Assembly: GCA_963675755.2 (NCBI GenBank)
Contig: CAXXMD010000002.1
Span: forward strand, 1,216,001 to 1,280,000
DNA: 64,000 bases
Source of the DNA: a bacterium
GTDB taxonomy: Bacteria; Zhuqueibacterota; Zhuqueibacteria; Residuimicrobiales; Krinioviventaceae
Direction of reading: 5' to 3'
The notes under the pieces are model-generated. The model was not told the origin of the DNA and did not search any database. It worked only from the letters and a program-made list of their open reading frames with translations. The stretch's first letter is position 1. Each line of letters opens with the position of its first letter. Made by a program: the position numbers and the translations under genes. Positions 49,159-58,212 of this stretch are shown one piece after another.

Positions 49159-49875
49159 TTATAATTTACCAAAAAGACTCTGAAATTTTAATTTCCAGAC
49201 CATCCAGATAGCTTCGCGAAGTATTTTTTTAGACATCTTGGAAATACCGGCACGACGATCAAGGAAAATGATAGGAATTTCACCCAGTGTAAATCCTTTT
49301 TTCCATGCCTTGTAACTCATTTCAATCTGAAATGAATACCCATTAGATGTTACTTTATCTAGATCAATTGATTCCAATACTTTACGATTAAAACATTTAA
49401 AACCGCTTGTACAATCATGAAGGGGTAAACCGGTAATAATGCGGGTATATAAACTAGCGCCCATACTTAATAAAAGCCGGCTCAATGGCCAGTTGATAAC
49501 ATTAACTCCATTCACATAACGTGAACCCATAACCAGATCATAATCTTTTGCAGCATTGATCAGGTTTGGCAATTCTTTGGGATCATGTGAAAAATCAGCA
49601 TCCATTTCGATCATGTAATCATAATCGCGTTCCAGAGCATATTTGAAGCCGGCAACGTATGCTGTACCTAATCCTTGTTTGCCTTCCCGGCTCATCAGGT
49701 GAATTCGGGGATCATTTTCAGATAAACGGGTTACCAAATCGCCTGTACCATCGGGAGAATTGTCATCTACAATGAGGATGTCAAGATCTTTAATATTTTG
49801 TTCAAATACGGCAGAGACCAGGTTTTCTATATTTTCCCGTTCATTATAGGTTGGAACAATAACCAATGTTTTCAA
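49159..49875 (-). CDS. polyprenol monophosphomannose synthase (GT2, DPM1-like)
   Basis: IVPTYNERENI, VDDNSPDGT, GLGTAYVAGF, MDADFSHDP, D.TSGFK, GYSFQIE. Confidence 0.93.
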   Translation of the reverse strand: MKTLVIVPTYNERENIENLVSAVFEQNIKDLDILIVDDNSPDGTGDLVTRLSENDPRIHLMSREGKQGLGTAYVAGFKYALERDYDYMIEMDADFSHDPKELPNLINAAKDYDLVMGSRYVNGVNVINWPLSRLLLSMGASLYTRIITGLPLHDCTSGFKCFNRKVLESIDLDKVTSNGYSFQIEMSYKAWKKGFTLGEIPIIFLDRRAGISKMSKKILREAIWMVWKLKFQSLFGKL

Positions 49876-49893
49876 AGGCTACTCCGCGGTAAA

Positions 49894-50778
49894 TTAATAT
49901 GCCATATATTTTTTCAGACCTGTTATTACATCACTGAATTTCATATTCAATTCCGATTCAGCACGTTTAACAATTAAACCTGAATTTAAAGGCCTTGGCG
50001 CAGCCTGGCCCAATTCAGCAGTTGAAATTGAATGTATTAATGATGCATCAAGCTTGTATAATTCAGCAATTTTTTGTGCAAATTCGTAGCGGTTCACAAT
50101 TTCACTACCAGCCGCATGTAATATACCTGAATATCCTGTTTGAATCACATTCCAAACGGCTATTGCAAGTTCTTCAGCAAGGGTTGTGTTTCCATATTGA
50201 TCATTTACAATTCTTACTGAATTACCCGCTTTGAGCTGTCCTACCAGCCAATCGACGAAATTGGGTCTGGTATTCAATGTGCGGCCATATAAAACCATAG
50301 TACGCAGAATGGCAAAATCGATGGTTGAGCCTAGCAATTCATTTTCTGATGCCAGCTTGCTTCTTCCATAATACCCTAATGGATTGGGACGGGCATCTTC
50401 ATCATAGGGTCCGTTTTTACCATCAAATATATAATCGGTCGATATGTGGACAAGCTTAGCTTTGAGTTTGCGTGCGCAATACGCCAGATTACTTACAAGA
50501 TCCACATTGATCTTCCAGCACGTTTCTTTATCTGTTTCAGCTGCATCAACATTGGTAAAAGCTGCAGCATTAATAATCACATCCGGAGATAATTCTTTAA
50601 TCAGTTTCCAGGCCAGGTCTCTATCGGTTAAATCAATTTTAAAATACTGATTACTTTCAAGAGTTATTCCCTTTTCTTGGATATCTATACCGATTATATT
50701 TGTATGATCCGGTTGTGAAAATAATAAATTTTGTCCAAGCAGTCCATTACATCCGGCTATCAATATTTTTTTATTCAT
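49894..50778 (-). CDS. rfbD: dTDP-4-dehydrorhamnose reductase family SDR
   Basis: GCNGLLG, NAAAFTNVDAAE, HISTDYIFDG, YGRSK, APRP. Confidence 0.88.
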   Translation of the reverse strand: MNKKILIAGCNGLLGQNLLFSQPDHTNIIGIDIQEKGITLESNQYFKIDLTDRDLAWKLIKELSPDVIINAAAFTNVDAAETDKETCWKINVDLVSNLAYCARKLKAKLVHISTDYIFDGKNGPYDEDARPNPLGYYGRSKLASENELLGSTIDFAILRTMVLYGRTLNTRPNFVDWLVGQLKAGNSVRIVNDQYGNTTLAEELAIAVWNVIQTGYSGILHAAGSEIVNRYEFAQKIAELYKLDASLIHSISTAELGQAAPRPLNSGLIVKRAESELNMKFSDVITGLKKYMAY

Positions 50779-50782
50779 AGAA

Positions 50783-51241
50783 TCAGATCTTGCAGCCTTT
50801 ATCACGGAACTGTTTCAATTTTTCTTTAATACTTTCATTTGTAAGGGAAAGCATTTGTGCTACATAGATAGCAGCATTAGCGGCACCGGCTTTGCCAATT
50901 GCCATGGTAGCGACGGGTACACCCTTGGGCATTTGAACAATAGCATACAGAGCATCAACACCGTTCAATGCGGAACCTGCTAATGGTACTCCAATGACAG
51001 GCACGGTTGTCATGCTGGCAATTACACCCGGCAAGTGAGCTGCCATACCGGCACCTGCAATAATTGCAGAAAAACCACGTGCTTCTGCGTTTTTAGCAAA
51101 ATCGGCTGTTTGTTCGGGTGTACGATGCGCCGACAAAGTAAATACTTCACTTTCTATTCCAAAATATTGTAAATATTCTTTTGCAAGGGCCATAACTTCA
51201 GCATCTGAAGTACTTCCCATAACAATTGCTGCTTTAGGCAT
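50783..51241 (-). CDS. purE: N5-CAIR mutase / AIR carboxylase PurE
   Basis: MGSTSD, SAHRTP, GAGMAAHLPG, PVIGVP, VQMPKGVPVAT. Confidence 0.96.
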   Translation of the reverse strand: MPKAAIVMGSTSDAEVMALAKEYLQYFGIESEVFTLSAHRTPEQTADFAKNAEARGFSAIIAGAGMAAHLPGVIASMTTVPVIGVPLAGSALNGVDALYAIVQMPKGVPVATMAIGKAGAANAAIYVAQMLSLTNESIKEKLKQFRDKGCKI

Positions 51242-51244
51242 AAT

Positions 51245-52303
51245 TTACTCCTGTTGCTTTTTAACTTCACCTTTAGTTCTAAATGTATGTGCAACGATGT
51301 CCAAGTGTCTTAAATAGGGCCATTTTCTTTCATCCGGAGCATAGACCGAACCATCTATTAAATATAAACGCTGATCGGATTCATTATAAAATCCATAACT
51401 CCTGAACGGACCGCCGGCAACCAGGGAATCATTCTGCCAAATACCTTCCAGCTTGATAGCATAACGGTCTAAAAAGTTAACAACCTCTTCACGGACTTTG
51501 ATATTATCATCTTGATAAACTTCATCACCACTGTAATATTTTTTTGCCAACCTGGCTCTGGTTTCGAGCATCCATTCTTTACTTAAAACAGAAGGATCAT
51601 CAACCGGTTCCCAGTAAACAAAAAATTCTCGTTGGGGGCGCATTCTGCGAATCCAGACAAATCGGTCTTGATCGTTTTCCATTGCAATAAACCATTCCAA
51701 AGGAACGTCAACAGTCCAGCCATGGTTGTCCATGAGCTGTTGAACGAGTTTTTCCTGCGGCTCTCTAAAATACAACTGTTTTTTCACACGATAATTGGCA
51801 TGTTCATCATATGTATTAAAAATCAGGTTATCATCCTGTTTTAAATTTTCTATTAGAGTTGCTTTATCTTTACCAACAAGAATACCCAATATCTGATCAC
51901 GCGCCCAGGGTTCATCGTATTGAAAGAAATATCTTTCATTATTTTGAACGAGTTTTCGTGCTTCTGATTTGGAGGGCATCATTTGATCGAGAAGATTTTT
52001 AGTCTCCCCTTCCATATCCAATGTACCGATAAACAATATCTGTGCATAGCGTTCAAGGCGAGTAAATTCATTTGGAGACATTTGGTTTAATGCAAAAATG
52101 TATTCAGGTTGAGGAGTAAAACGTTCAGGAGACAAGGTACTCTTGACCTGAACTTCTATATCCTGCCATAAAACAGAGTCTACAACCACAGCAATATTTC
52201 GGGTTGTACCTCGGGATAAACTTTTTTGTTCACAGCCTGTAAAAAACATCAAGCTCAAAACAATCAGGGCTGCTCCCAGATTCATTAAATAATATTTTTT
52301 CAC
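51245..52303 (-). CDS. DUF4837 family lipoprotein
   Basis: Lipobox FTGC; PQPEYIF, DEPWARDQ, GIWQ....GGPFRSY, VYAP..RK. Confidence 0.8.
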   Translation of the reverse strand: MKKYYLMNLGAALIVLSLMFFTGCEQKSLSRGTTRNIAVVVDSVLWQDIEVQVKSTLSPERFTPQPEYIFALNQMSPNEFTRLERYAQILFIGTLDMEGETKNLLDQMMPSKSEARKLVQNNERYFFQYDEPWARDQILGILVGKDKATLIENLKQDDNLIFNTYDEHANYRVKKQLYFREPQEKLVQQLMDNHGWTVDVPLEWFIAMENDQDRFVWIRRMRPQREFFVYWEPVDDPSVLSKEWMLETRARLAKKYYSGDEVYQDDNIKVREEVVNFLDRYAIKLEGIWQNDSLVAGGPFRSYGFYNESDQRLYLIDGSVYAPDERKWPYLRHLDIVAHTFRTKGEVKKQQE

Positions 52304-52316
52304 AACTAACCCCTTT

Positions 52317-53303
52317 TCAATCTATTTCAGGTTTTGTATGTTCCTTGCGAAATGCAAAAATAATCCCGCCGGGTATTGTTGCAATTATACCTACCAGATA
52401 AGCAATAAATTCAAATGCAACTACCCTGGCCGAAGCAATACCCACCTGAGCAAACAAGGTAACTCCACTTTGTTCTCTTACACCAATACCGCCAAGTGAA
52501 ATGGGCAAACTTGCTGCCATTGCCACAATCGGGATAAAAATAAAGAAATAATAACCATCAATATTGACACCCACCGAACGAGCAGCAAACAGATGGGTTA
52601 GTATCCTCAAAGATTGAACACCAATTGCAATTACAAATATTTCAATCAACATCATCTTGTTATGTCTGAATTCATTCAGAGCATAATACAATTCTTTGAG
52701 TTTACTGGTCAGTATTTTGGGAAGCACCAGTTTGAATAAAAATGAAAATTTTCTGGCAACATCTTCACGAAATAATAAATACAGGCCAAATATCCAAACC
52801 ATAAAAACAATACCAATGGTCAATACAGTCAATTGGGATGACAGCCGTTGTAACCAGATCAGAGTAACAATCATTGCCAGAGAAGTCAGTGCAAAAAATC
52901 CAACAAACCGATCAAAAAATACGGTTGAAATTGCACTGTTGGTATCTCCGGACAACTTGTGTATATCATAGATCCTAAAAGCGTCACCACCAACATAACC
53001 GATTAAAAAATTATTAAAGAACAAACCGACGTGATAATATTTAATCGCTTTCCAGAGTGAAATGTTCACTTTTTTTGATTTTAACAGTAAAAACCATTGA
53101 AAAGCGCCTAAAACATTACTAATCATAAAAGTTAAAATACTCGTTATGATCCAAAAGGGATTGGCAGTAGTGATGTGCAAAAGCAACTGATGCACACCAA
53201 TACGTGCCATTAAAAAAATCAAAAGAGCAACACTAATACAAACTTTGAGAACTGTAACTAAAACCTGACGAGTACTCTGTTTCTTGCTTTGATCTGCGGC
53301 CAA
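52317..53303 (-). CDS. flippase-like membrane protein (lysylphosphatidylglycerol synthase TM / UPF0104 family)
   Basis: GLFFNNFL...GGDAFR, FFDRFVG, LPISLGGIGVRE. Confidence 0.88.
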   Translation of the reverse strand: MAADQSKKQSTRQVLVTVLKVCISVALLIFLMARIGVHQLLLHITTANPFWIITSILTFMISNVLGAFQWFLLLKSKKVNISLWKAIKYYHVGLFFNNFLIGYVGGDAFRIYDIHKLSGDTNSAISTVFFDRFVGFFALTSLAMIVTLIWLQRLSSQLTVLTIGIVFMVWIFGLYLLFREDVARKFSFLFKLVLPKILTSKLKELYYALNEFRHNKMMLIEIFVIAIGVQSLRILTHLFAARSVGVNIDGYYFFIFIPIVAMAASLPISLGGIGVREQSGVTLFAQVGIASARVVAFEFIAYLVGIIATIPGGIIFAFRKEHTKPEID

Positions 53304-53325
53304 CCGTACATTCCTTTACTAAAGG

Positions 53326-55992
53326 TTAGTTTTGAACGGTTATACTGTCACTGCCTGCCGCACTTGCCTCGTTTAACAACTGTTTTTCAGATTCAAGTTT
53401 GCGCTTTGCTTCAGGATCATCAGGATGTTTAACAATCCAGTCTTCGAGTAATTCAATTGCTCTATCATGCATTCCTTCACGACTGTACAATTGTACCAGA
53501 GTACCCACTACATAGGTATTGTCTGGTTCATTTCTCATGGCCCATTCCGCTTTTTCAATAAATTTGTCAGTTTTACCTGCACGTTCATAGAGCAAGCCAA
53601 TCTGAATGGGTAATCTTACATCTGGTGGCGGAATAACATCATCGGGCATTACCGTATCCATTTTATCCAGTACGGTTAACAGATTTTCATAATCACGATT
53701 ACTGTTATAATATGAAGCCAACTGCAAAAATGCTGCACGATAATTCTGCAATAAACCTTTGGTATTATCGTTCAAATAAACATCAGGATCATTCAATCCA
53801 CGATATTGAAAAGTTTCAAGCATGTTTTTATGCAGGTTTCTGGCCATCACATCTTCATCCGGTTTTGGAGTTACTTCAAAACACATACCGTCCATTCTCA
53901 TATATTTATCGAGATTGATCTTGTTCTGGTTGGAAACGGTAACCGCAAAATAGACCGGTTTTTGCCATCTGTTGGCATATAAAATATTCAGGATCATAAA
54001 GTCCTGTACACGGATACCCTGGCCCATTATAGTGGGTTTTACAGTAAACGTAATTTCAGAAGGAATGCTGGTACCATCAAATTGTTCCAGTTCCTTGGTT
54101 TCTTTGATATCACTCAACAAATTCTGCCGTTTCTGTTCCGGTACGGGAATAGAGATGGTTCTATCAGACCAGGGCATAACCTGCAATGCATCAATGTCCC
54201 TATCTGGTAAAGAAATCGGTACTTTGGGATCTTCATATTTGAGCTGTTTAATATACCAGGGAGTATTCAACAGACTCAGGTTTACAACGCGCACATCGGT
54301 ACGGATACCATAAACATATTGCAAAAACCAAAGTGGAAACGTATCATTATCACCATTGGTGAACAGGATAGCGTCTTTTTCACAGGTTTGCAAAATATTA
54401 TAAGAATAATCATAAGCCACATAATTACCGGTACGATCATGATCCTGGTAATTGTTAGCCAGTAAATTAATTGGAGCAACCAGTAACAATACTGCTGCTG
54501 TTGCTACCGATAATCCGCGCCTTAATGTCTGCTTGTCTCTGAAACTTTCCTGAATCATCTCAAGCAAGGCAGTAACGCCCATTCCGATCCATATAGCAAA
54601 TATAAAGAACGACCCCACAAAGACATAGTCCCTTTCGCGTGGCTGCGGGTCCTCCTGATTTAAATAGATGACAATAGCAATACCCGTTAGAATAAAGAAC
54701 GCGGTTAGAGACATGGCATGCCGCCAATGTCGATAAAAATGATGTATCATCCCCACAAGTCCAAGAAATAACGGCAGCCCCAATAATCCATTAAAGGATA
54801 GGGTCTCCACAATGTATCCGTCAGATCCAATAGTGTTGCCTTTACCGGCAAACTGCCAGAAAAAGTAGCGGAAATACATTTTCTTTATCTGATAATTCCA
54901 CATAAAATCCATTTGCTGTGACCAGTTAAAGGTCTTGTAGCTTTGACGAGGATATTGTTGTTCGAATTGCCATTCCGGCGGTAGTCCGGGGAATCTGCGA
55001 GGAAACGTACTCCAGGTTCCATACTGTTCACGATTCAGATAACTTACCATTTGTTTGGTGGTTTCAGGATCATTTTCATCAATTTTAGGATCTAATCCGG
55101 AACGAATATAAATCATGGAATAGGTTGAATATCCCATAATCACCAACACTGCGGACATGAGCGCAAGACTGGCAATTTTCATTTTATTTTTAACTACATA
55201 AAATACCGCGGCGAACAAAATCAATATCAATGCCAATACAGCCCAAAGTGAAAACGAACCAGCCAAGCGTGGAATATATTGTACAACACCGGGATAAATA
55301 GCAGCAAAGATACCAACGGTTATGAGGCCAAATATTGCAAAGTTGGTAAAGGTAATTTTTTCATTTCGGCGTTCCAGGTAGCGAAAATAAACAATCATAA
55401 AGACAGCGGGTAATGCTAGAATCATTAACAAATGCACACCAATTGCAAGACCTACCGTATAAGCGATGAACAAAATATAACGCTCAGCACCGGGTTCATC
55501 AGATTTTTCAAGCCATACCATAATCAACCACAGAATGATTGAAGTAAAAAACATACTGATAGCGTAAACTTCGGCTTCTACTGCATTGAACCAGAATGTA
55601 TCAGTAAATGCAAATGCCAGTGCACCAATCAGGCCGCTGGCTACCAGGGTAAAAATATCTTCACCACTCTTGGGTTCGCCACGCCATTGTTTTACCAGGC
55701 GTACAATGATCAAATAGGTAAGCATTACGGTTGCGGCAGATGTTAATGCAGAAATAAAATTAACCCGCAAACCTATATCCGTAGCAAAGGGAATCATGCT
55801 GAAAATACGTCCCAACAACAGATAAAACGGCGCACCCGGAGGATGAGGAATACCTAAAATATAAGAACAGGTAATAAATTCACCACAGTCCCATAGCGAC
55901 ACAGTTGGCGCAATGGTTCTGAGATAAATAATGATTGAAAACAAAAAAGAAACACCGGCGAACACCCGGTTAATCAACTTAAAGTTCTTCAT
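53326..55992 (-). CDS. DUF2723 family GT-C membrane glycosyltransferase (TMEM260-like) with C-terminal TPR-like helices
   Basis: WDCGEFI, HPPGAP, FWFNAVEAEVY, YLNREQYG, QPRERDY, FTNGDNDTFPLW, NLSLLNTPWY. Confidence 0.9.
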   Translation of the reverse strand: MKNFKLINRVFAGVSFLFSIIIYLRTIAPTVSLWDCGEFITCSYILGIPHPPGAPFYLLLGRIFSMIPFATDIGLRVNFISALTSAATVMLTYLIIVRLVKQWRGEPKSGEDIFTLVASGLIGALAFAFTDTFWFNAVEAEVYAISMFFTSIILWLIMVWLEKSDEPGAERYILFIAYTVGLAIGVHLLMILALPAVFMIVYFRYLERRNEKITFTNFAIFGLITVGIFAAIYPGVVQYIPRLAGSFSLWAVLALILILFAAVFYVVKNKMKIASLALMSAVLVIMGYSTYSMIYIRSGLDPKIDENDPETTKQMVSYLNREQYGTWSTFPRRFPGLPPEWQFEQQYPRQSYKTFNWSQQMDFMWNYQIKKMYFRYFFWQFAGKGNTIGSDGYIVETLSFNGLLGLPLFLGLVGMIHHFYRHWRHAMSLTAFFILTGIAIVIYLNQEDPQPRERDYVFVGSFFIFAIWIGMGVTALLEMIQESFRDKQTLRRGLSVATAAVLLLVAPINLLANNYQDHDRTGNYVAYDYSYNILQTCEKDAILFTNGDNDTFPLWFLQYVYGIRTDVRVVNLSLLNTPWYIKQLKYEDPKVPISLPDRDIDALQVMPWSDRTISIPVPEQKRQNLLSDIKETKELEQFDGTSIPSEITFTVKPTIMGQGIRVQDFMILNILYANRWQKPVYFAVTVSNQNKINLDKYMRMDGMCFEVTPKPDEDVMARNLHKNMLETFQYRGLNDPDVYLNDNTKGLLQNYRAAFLQLASYYNSNRDYENLLTVLDKMDTVMPDDVIPPPDVRLPIQIGLLYERAGKTDKFIEKAEWAMRNEPDNTYVVGTLVQLYSREGMHDRAIELLEDWIVKHPDDPEAKRKLESEKQLLNEASAAGSDSITVQN

Positions 55993-56007
55993 TATGGATC
56001 TCCGATA

Positions 56008-57126
56008 CTAATTAATTACATCCTCCATGATTCTCACAGCCGTCTCTGCGGACTGGTCCCAACTAAATTTTTGAACCCAATGTAAGGAATTTTTTGATAA
56101 ATTTTGCCTTATTTTTTCATTTTTCAACAGAAAAATCATCTTTTCCTGCAATTTTTCAACATTTCCAAAAGGATACAGGTATCCGGTTTCGGTATCAACC
56201 ACAGAATCCCACAACCCGGGTGAATCTGCTGCAATAACCGGGGTACCACAGGCATTTGCCTCGATAACCGTCAATCCCCAACCTTCTTTGGGTGATGGAT
56301 TAACAGCAAACCACATTTTATTCAACCACTCCACTTTTACCTCATGTGGAACAAAACCGGTAAAAGTAATCTTTTCTGCAACACCCAATTCATTTGCCAA
56401 GATCTCTAATTGGGGTTGATAGTCTCCTCCTCCCATTATAACAAAACGGGTTTCAGGAACCGCCTCAATTACCGCGGGCATTGCTTTTACAAAATGCTCA
56501 ACCTGCTTGTACTTTTTCAAACGTCCCAGATAACCCACTAGAGGTGTCTGACTTTTTAATATCTCATCATATTTATAATCATTCAATTCAACGGCATTAT
56601 ACAGTAGATCTATTTTGCTTTTCACACCGGAATTCAGCAACTCTTGCCGGGTACTTTCCGAAACCACGGCAAAAGGAGTGTTTCTATATACAAATGGTAC
56701 AAGTTTCTCTGAATAATAAACATAACTCGCAGGGATAAAAAAAGTTTCCATAAAAATACTTTTGCCAAACAGGTGGTGCTCAATAGCAAGCAAAGGTTTC
56801 TTGACGTAATAGGGAGTATAAAATGGAATCTTGTTAATATCATCTATAACAATATCATAATCATGTTTTTTTAAAAGCTTTTTGTACATAAACGGTACAT
56901 AAAAATTGAACAAATTTCGTGAACCCGCACGCACAATTCGGATTCCATCAAGTTCTTCATACTCGGCAGCACCAGGATATTTACAACACAACAACGTTAC
57001 CTTGTGCCCCAAAGCGGCAACACGCTTAAATATCTCATGAAAATGGACTTCTGCTCCCCCGCCAAAGGGATTGGTAATATCCTGCCAGTTGATAACCAGT
57101 ATGTTCAAAGGTTTACTTTTTGTCAA
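56008..57126 (-). CDS. glycosyltransferase family 4
   Basis: GGAEV, YLGRLKKYK, PSPKEGWGLTVIEANACGTP. Confidence 0.93.
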   Translation of the reverse strand: MTKSKPLNILVINWQDITNPFGGGAEVHFHEIFKRVAALGHKVTLLCCKYPGAAEYEELDGIRIVRAGSRNLFNFYVPFMYKKLLKKHDYDIVIDDINKIPFYTPYYVKKPLLAIEHHLFGKSIFMETFFIPASYVYYSEKLVPFVYRNTPFAVVSESTRQELLNSGVKSKIDLLYNAVELNDYKYDEILKSQTPLVGYLGRLKKYKQVEHFVKAMPAVIEAVPETRFVIMGGGDYQPQLEILANELGVAEKITFTGFVPHEVKVEWLNKMWFAVNPSPKEGWGLTVIEANACGTPVIAADSPGLWDSVVDTETGYLYPFGNVEKLQEKMIFLLKNEKIRQNLSKNSLHWVQKFSWDQSAETAVRIMEDVIN

Positions 57127-57129
57127 AGA

Positions 57130-57909
57130 TCAAACCTTTTTCTTTTTACCAATGATACCAATGTCCATAAATGTATACAAGGCAAAGCGGGTTTTGGCAA
57201 ACGTCTTTTCGAAAGACTTGACAAGTGGAGATAATACCGGAACCGGTTTGGGATACAAAGGTAGCTGAATACCCACTTTTTTCATCACTTCACGCAATGA
57301 ACGATAAAAAAAGCTGGGACGCATCCAGTCTCCATAGGATTTATGGATATCGAAACCCAATCCTTTGAACATTTTACCGAGCTGTCCAATTGAAAATTCA
57401 GTTTCCCAACCGGCAAACCACTTGTTCATCCAGATGAGTATATGCTTAACAACCGTATATAAATGATATCGTTGTGGTACATCTGCCAGTGTATAACCAC
57501 CGGGTTTTATTACCCTGTGATTTTCTGCCAGAATATCCTGGGGATTGGTAAAATGCTCAAGTAATCCTTGATGATATACCAGATCCAAGGCATCGGTTTT
57601 AAACGGCAATTGAAAGGCATCGCCCTGCACCAGAATTACAGGTTTATTAAATTCCTGTGCCAGCTTTTTCAAAACATCAAGCGAACTCTGCGCATAATCG
57701 AGCAATATGACTTTGGCACCCATATCCACAAGTTTAAATCCATCGCGACCTGAGCCGGCACCAATTTCCATTACCCATTTATCTTGCATGGAACCCAATT
57801 CCCGAATCTGATTAATAATCCGGTCATTGTTAGAATATACATTATGTATATCTTTTTTATCTTCCCAAAAATCTTCCCAAACTTGTCTACTGTGTTTTCC
57901 CATTTCCAT
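57130..57909 (-). CDS. class I SAM-dependent methyltransferase
   Basis: MEIGAGSG, GDAFQLPF, GLLEHF, RVIKPGG. Confidence 0.9.
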   Translation of the reverse strand: MEMGKHSRQVWEDFWEDKKDIHNVYSNNDRIINQIRELGSMQDKWVMEIGAGSGRDGFKLVDMGAKVILLDYAQSSLDVLKKLAQEFNKPVILVQGDAFQLPFKTDALDLVYHQGLLEHFTNPQDILAENHRVIKPGGYTLADVPQRYHLYTVVKHILIWMNKWFAGWETEFSIGQLGKMFKGLGFDIHKSYGDWMRPSFFYRSLREVMKKVGIQLPLYPKPVPVLSPLVKSFEKTFAKTRFALYTFMDIGIIGKKKKV

Positions 57910-57915
57910 CCAAAT

Positions 57916-58194
57916 CTATTTCTTGTTTTTTTCTGATACGTATATGGTTTGCAGTTCTGTTAACGCATTGGTCAGGAACTGTTTCTCTTCTTTTTCCAGA
58001 TTGTTTTCAGTTTTCATTTTCAGCATTTCAAGTAAATCGATATAGTTTTCAGCCTGCTCAAGGTCTACTGTCATTTCATCAGTCATTGGGTTTTCCTGTT
58101 GACCCAGATTTTGCAATGCAGCAGTCTGCATGCTGTAAACCAAATTCAGAAACAACATTTTGTAAATCTCGCTTTTATCCCGGTTTTTTGACAT
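57916..58194 (-). CDS. DUF1844 family protein
   Basis: LGQQENP...DLEQA...IDLLEMLKMKTENNL..EE..FL...L.ELQ..YV. Confidence 0.85.
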   Translation of the reverse strand: MSKNRDKSEIYKMLFLNLVYSMQTAALQNLGQQENPMTDEMTVDLEQAENYIDLLEMLKMKTENNLEKEEKQFLTNALTELQTIYVSEKNKK

Positions 58195-58212
58195 TTTAAA
58201 ACCTCCGTTTTA

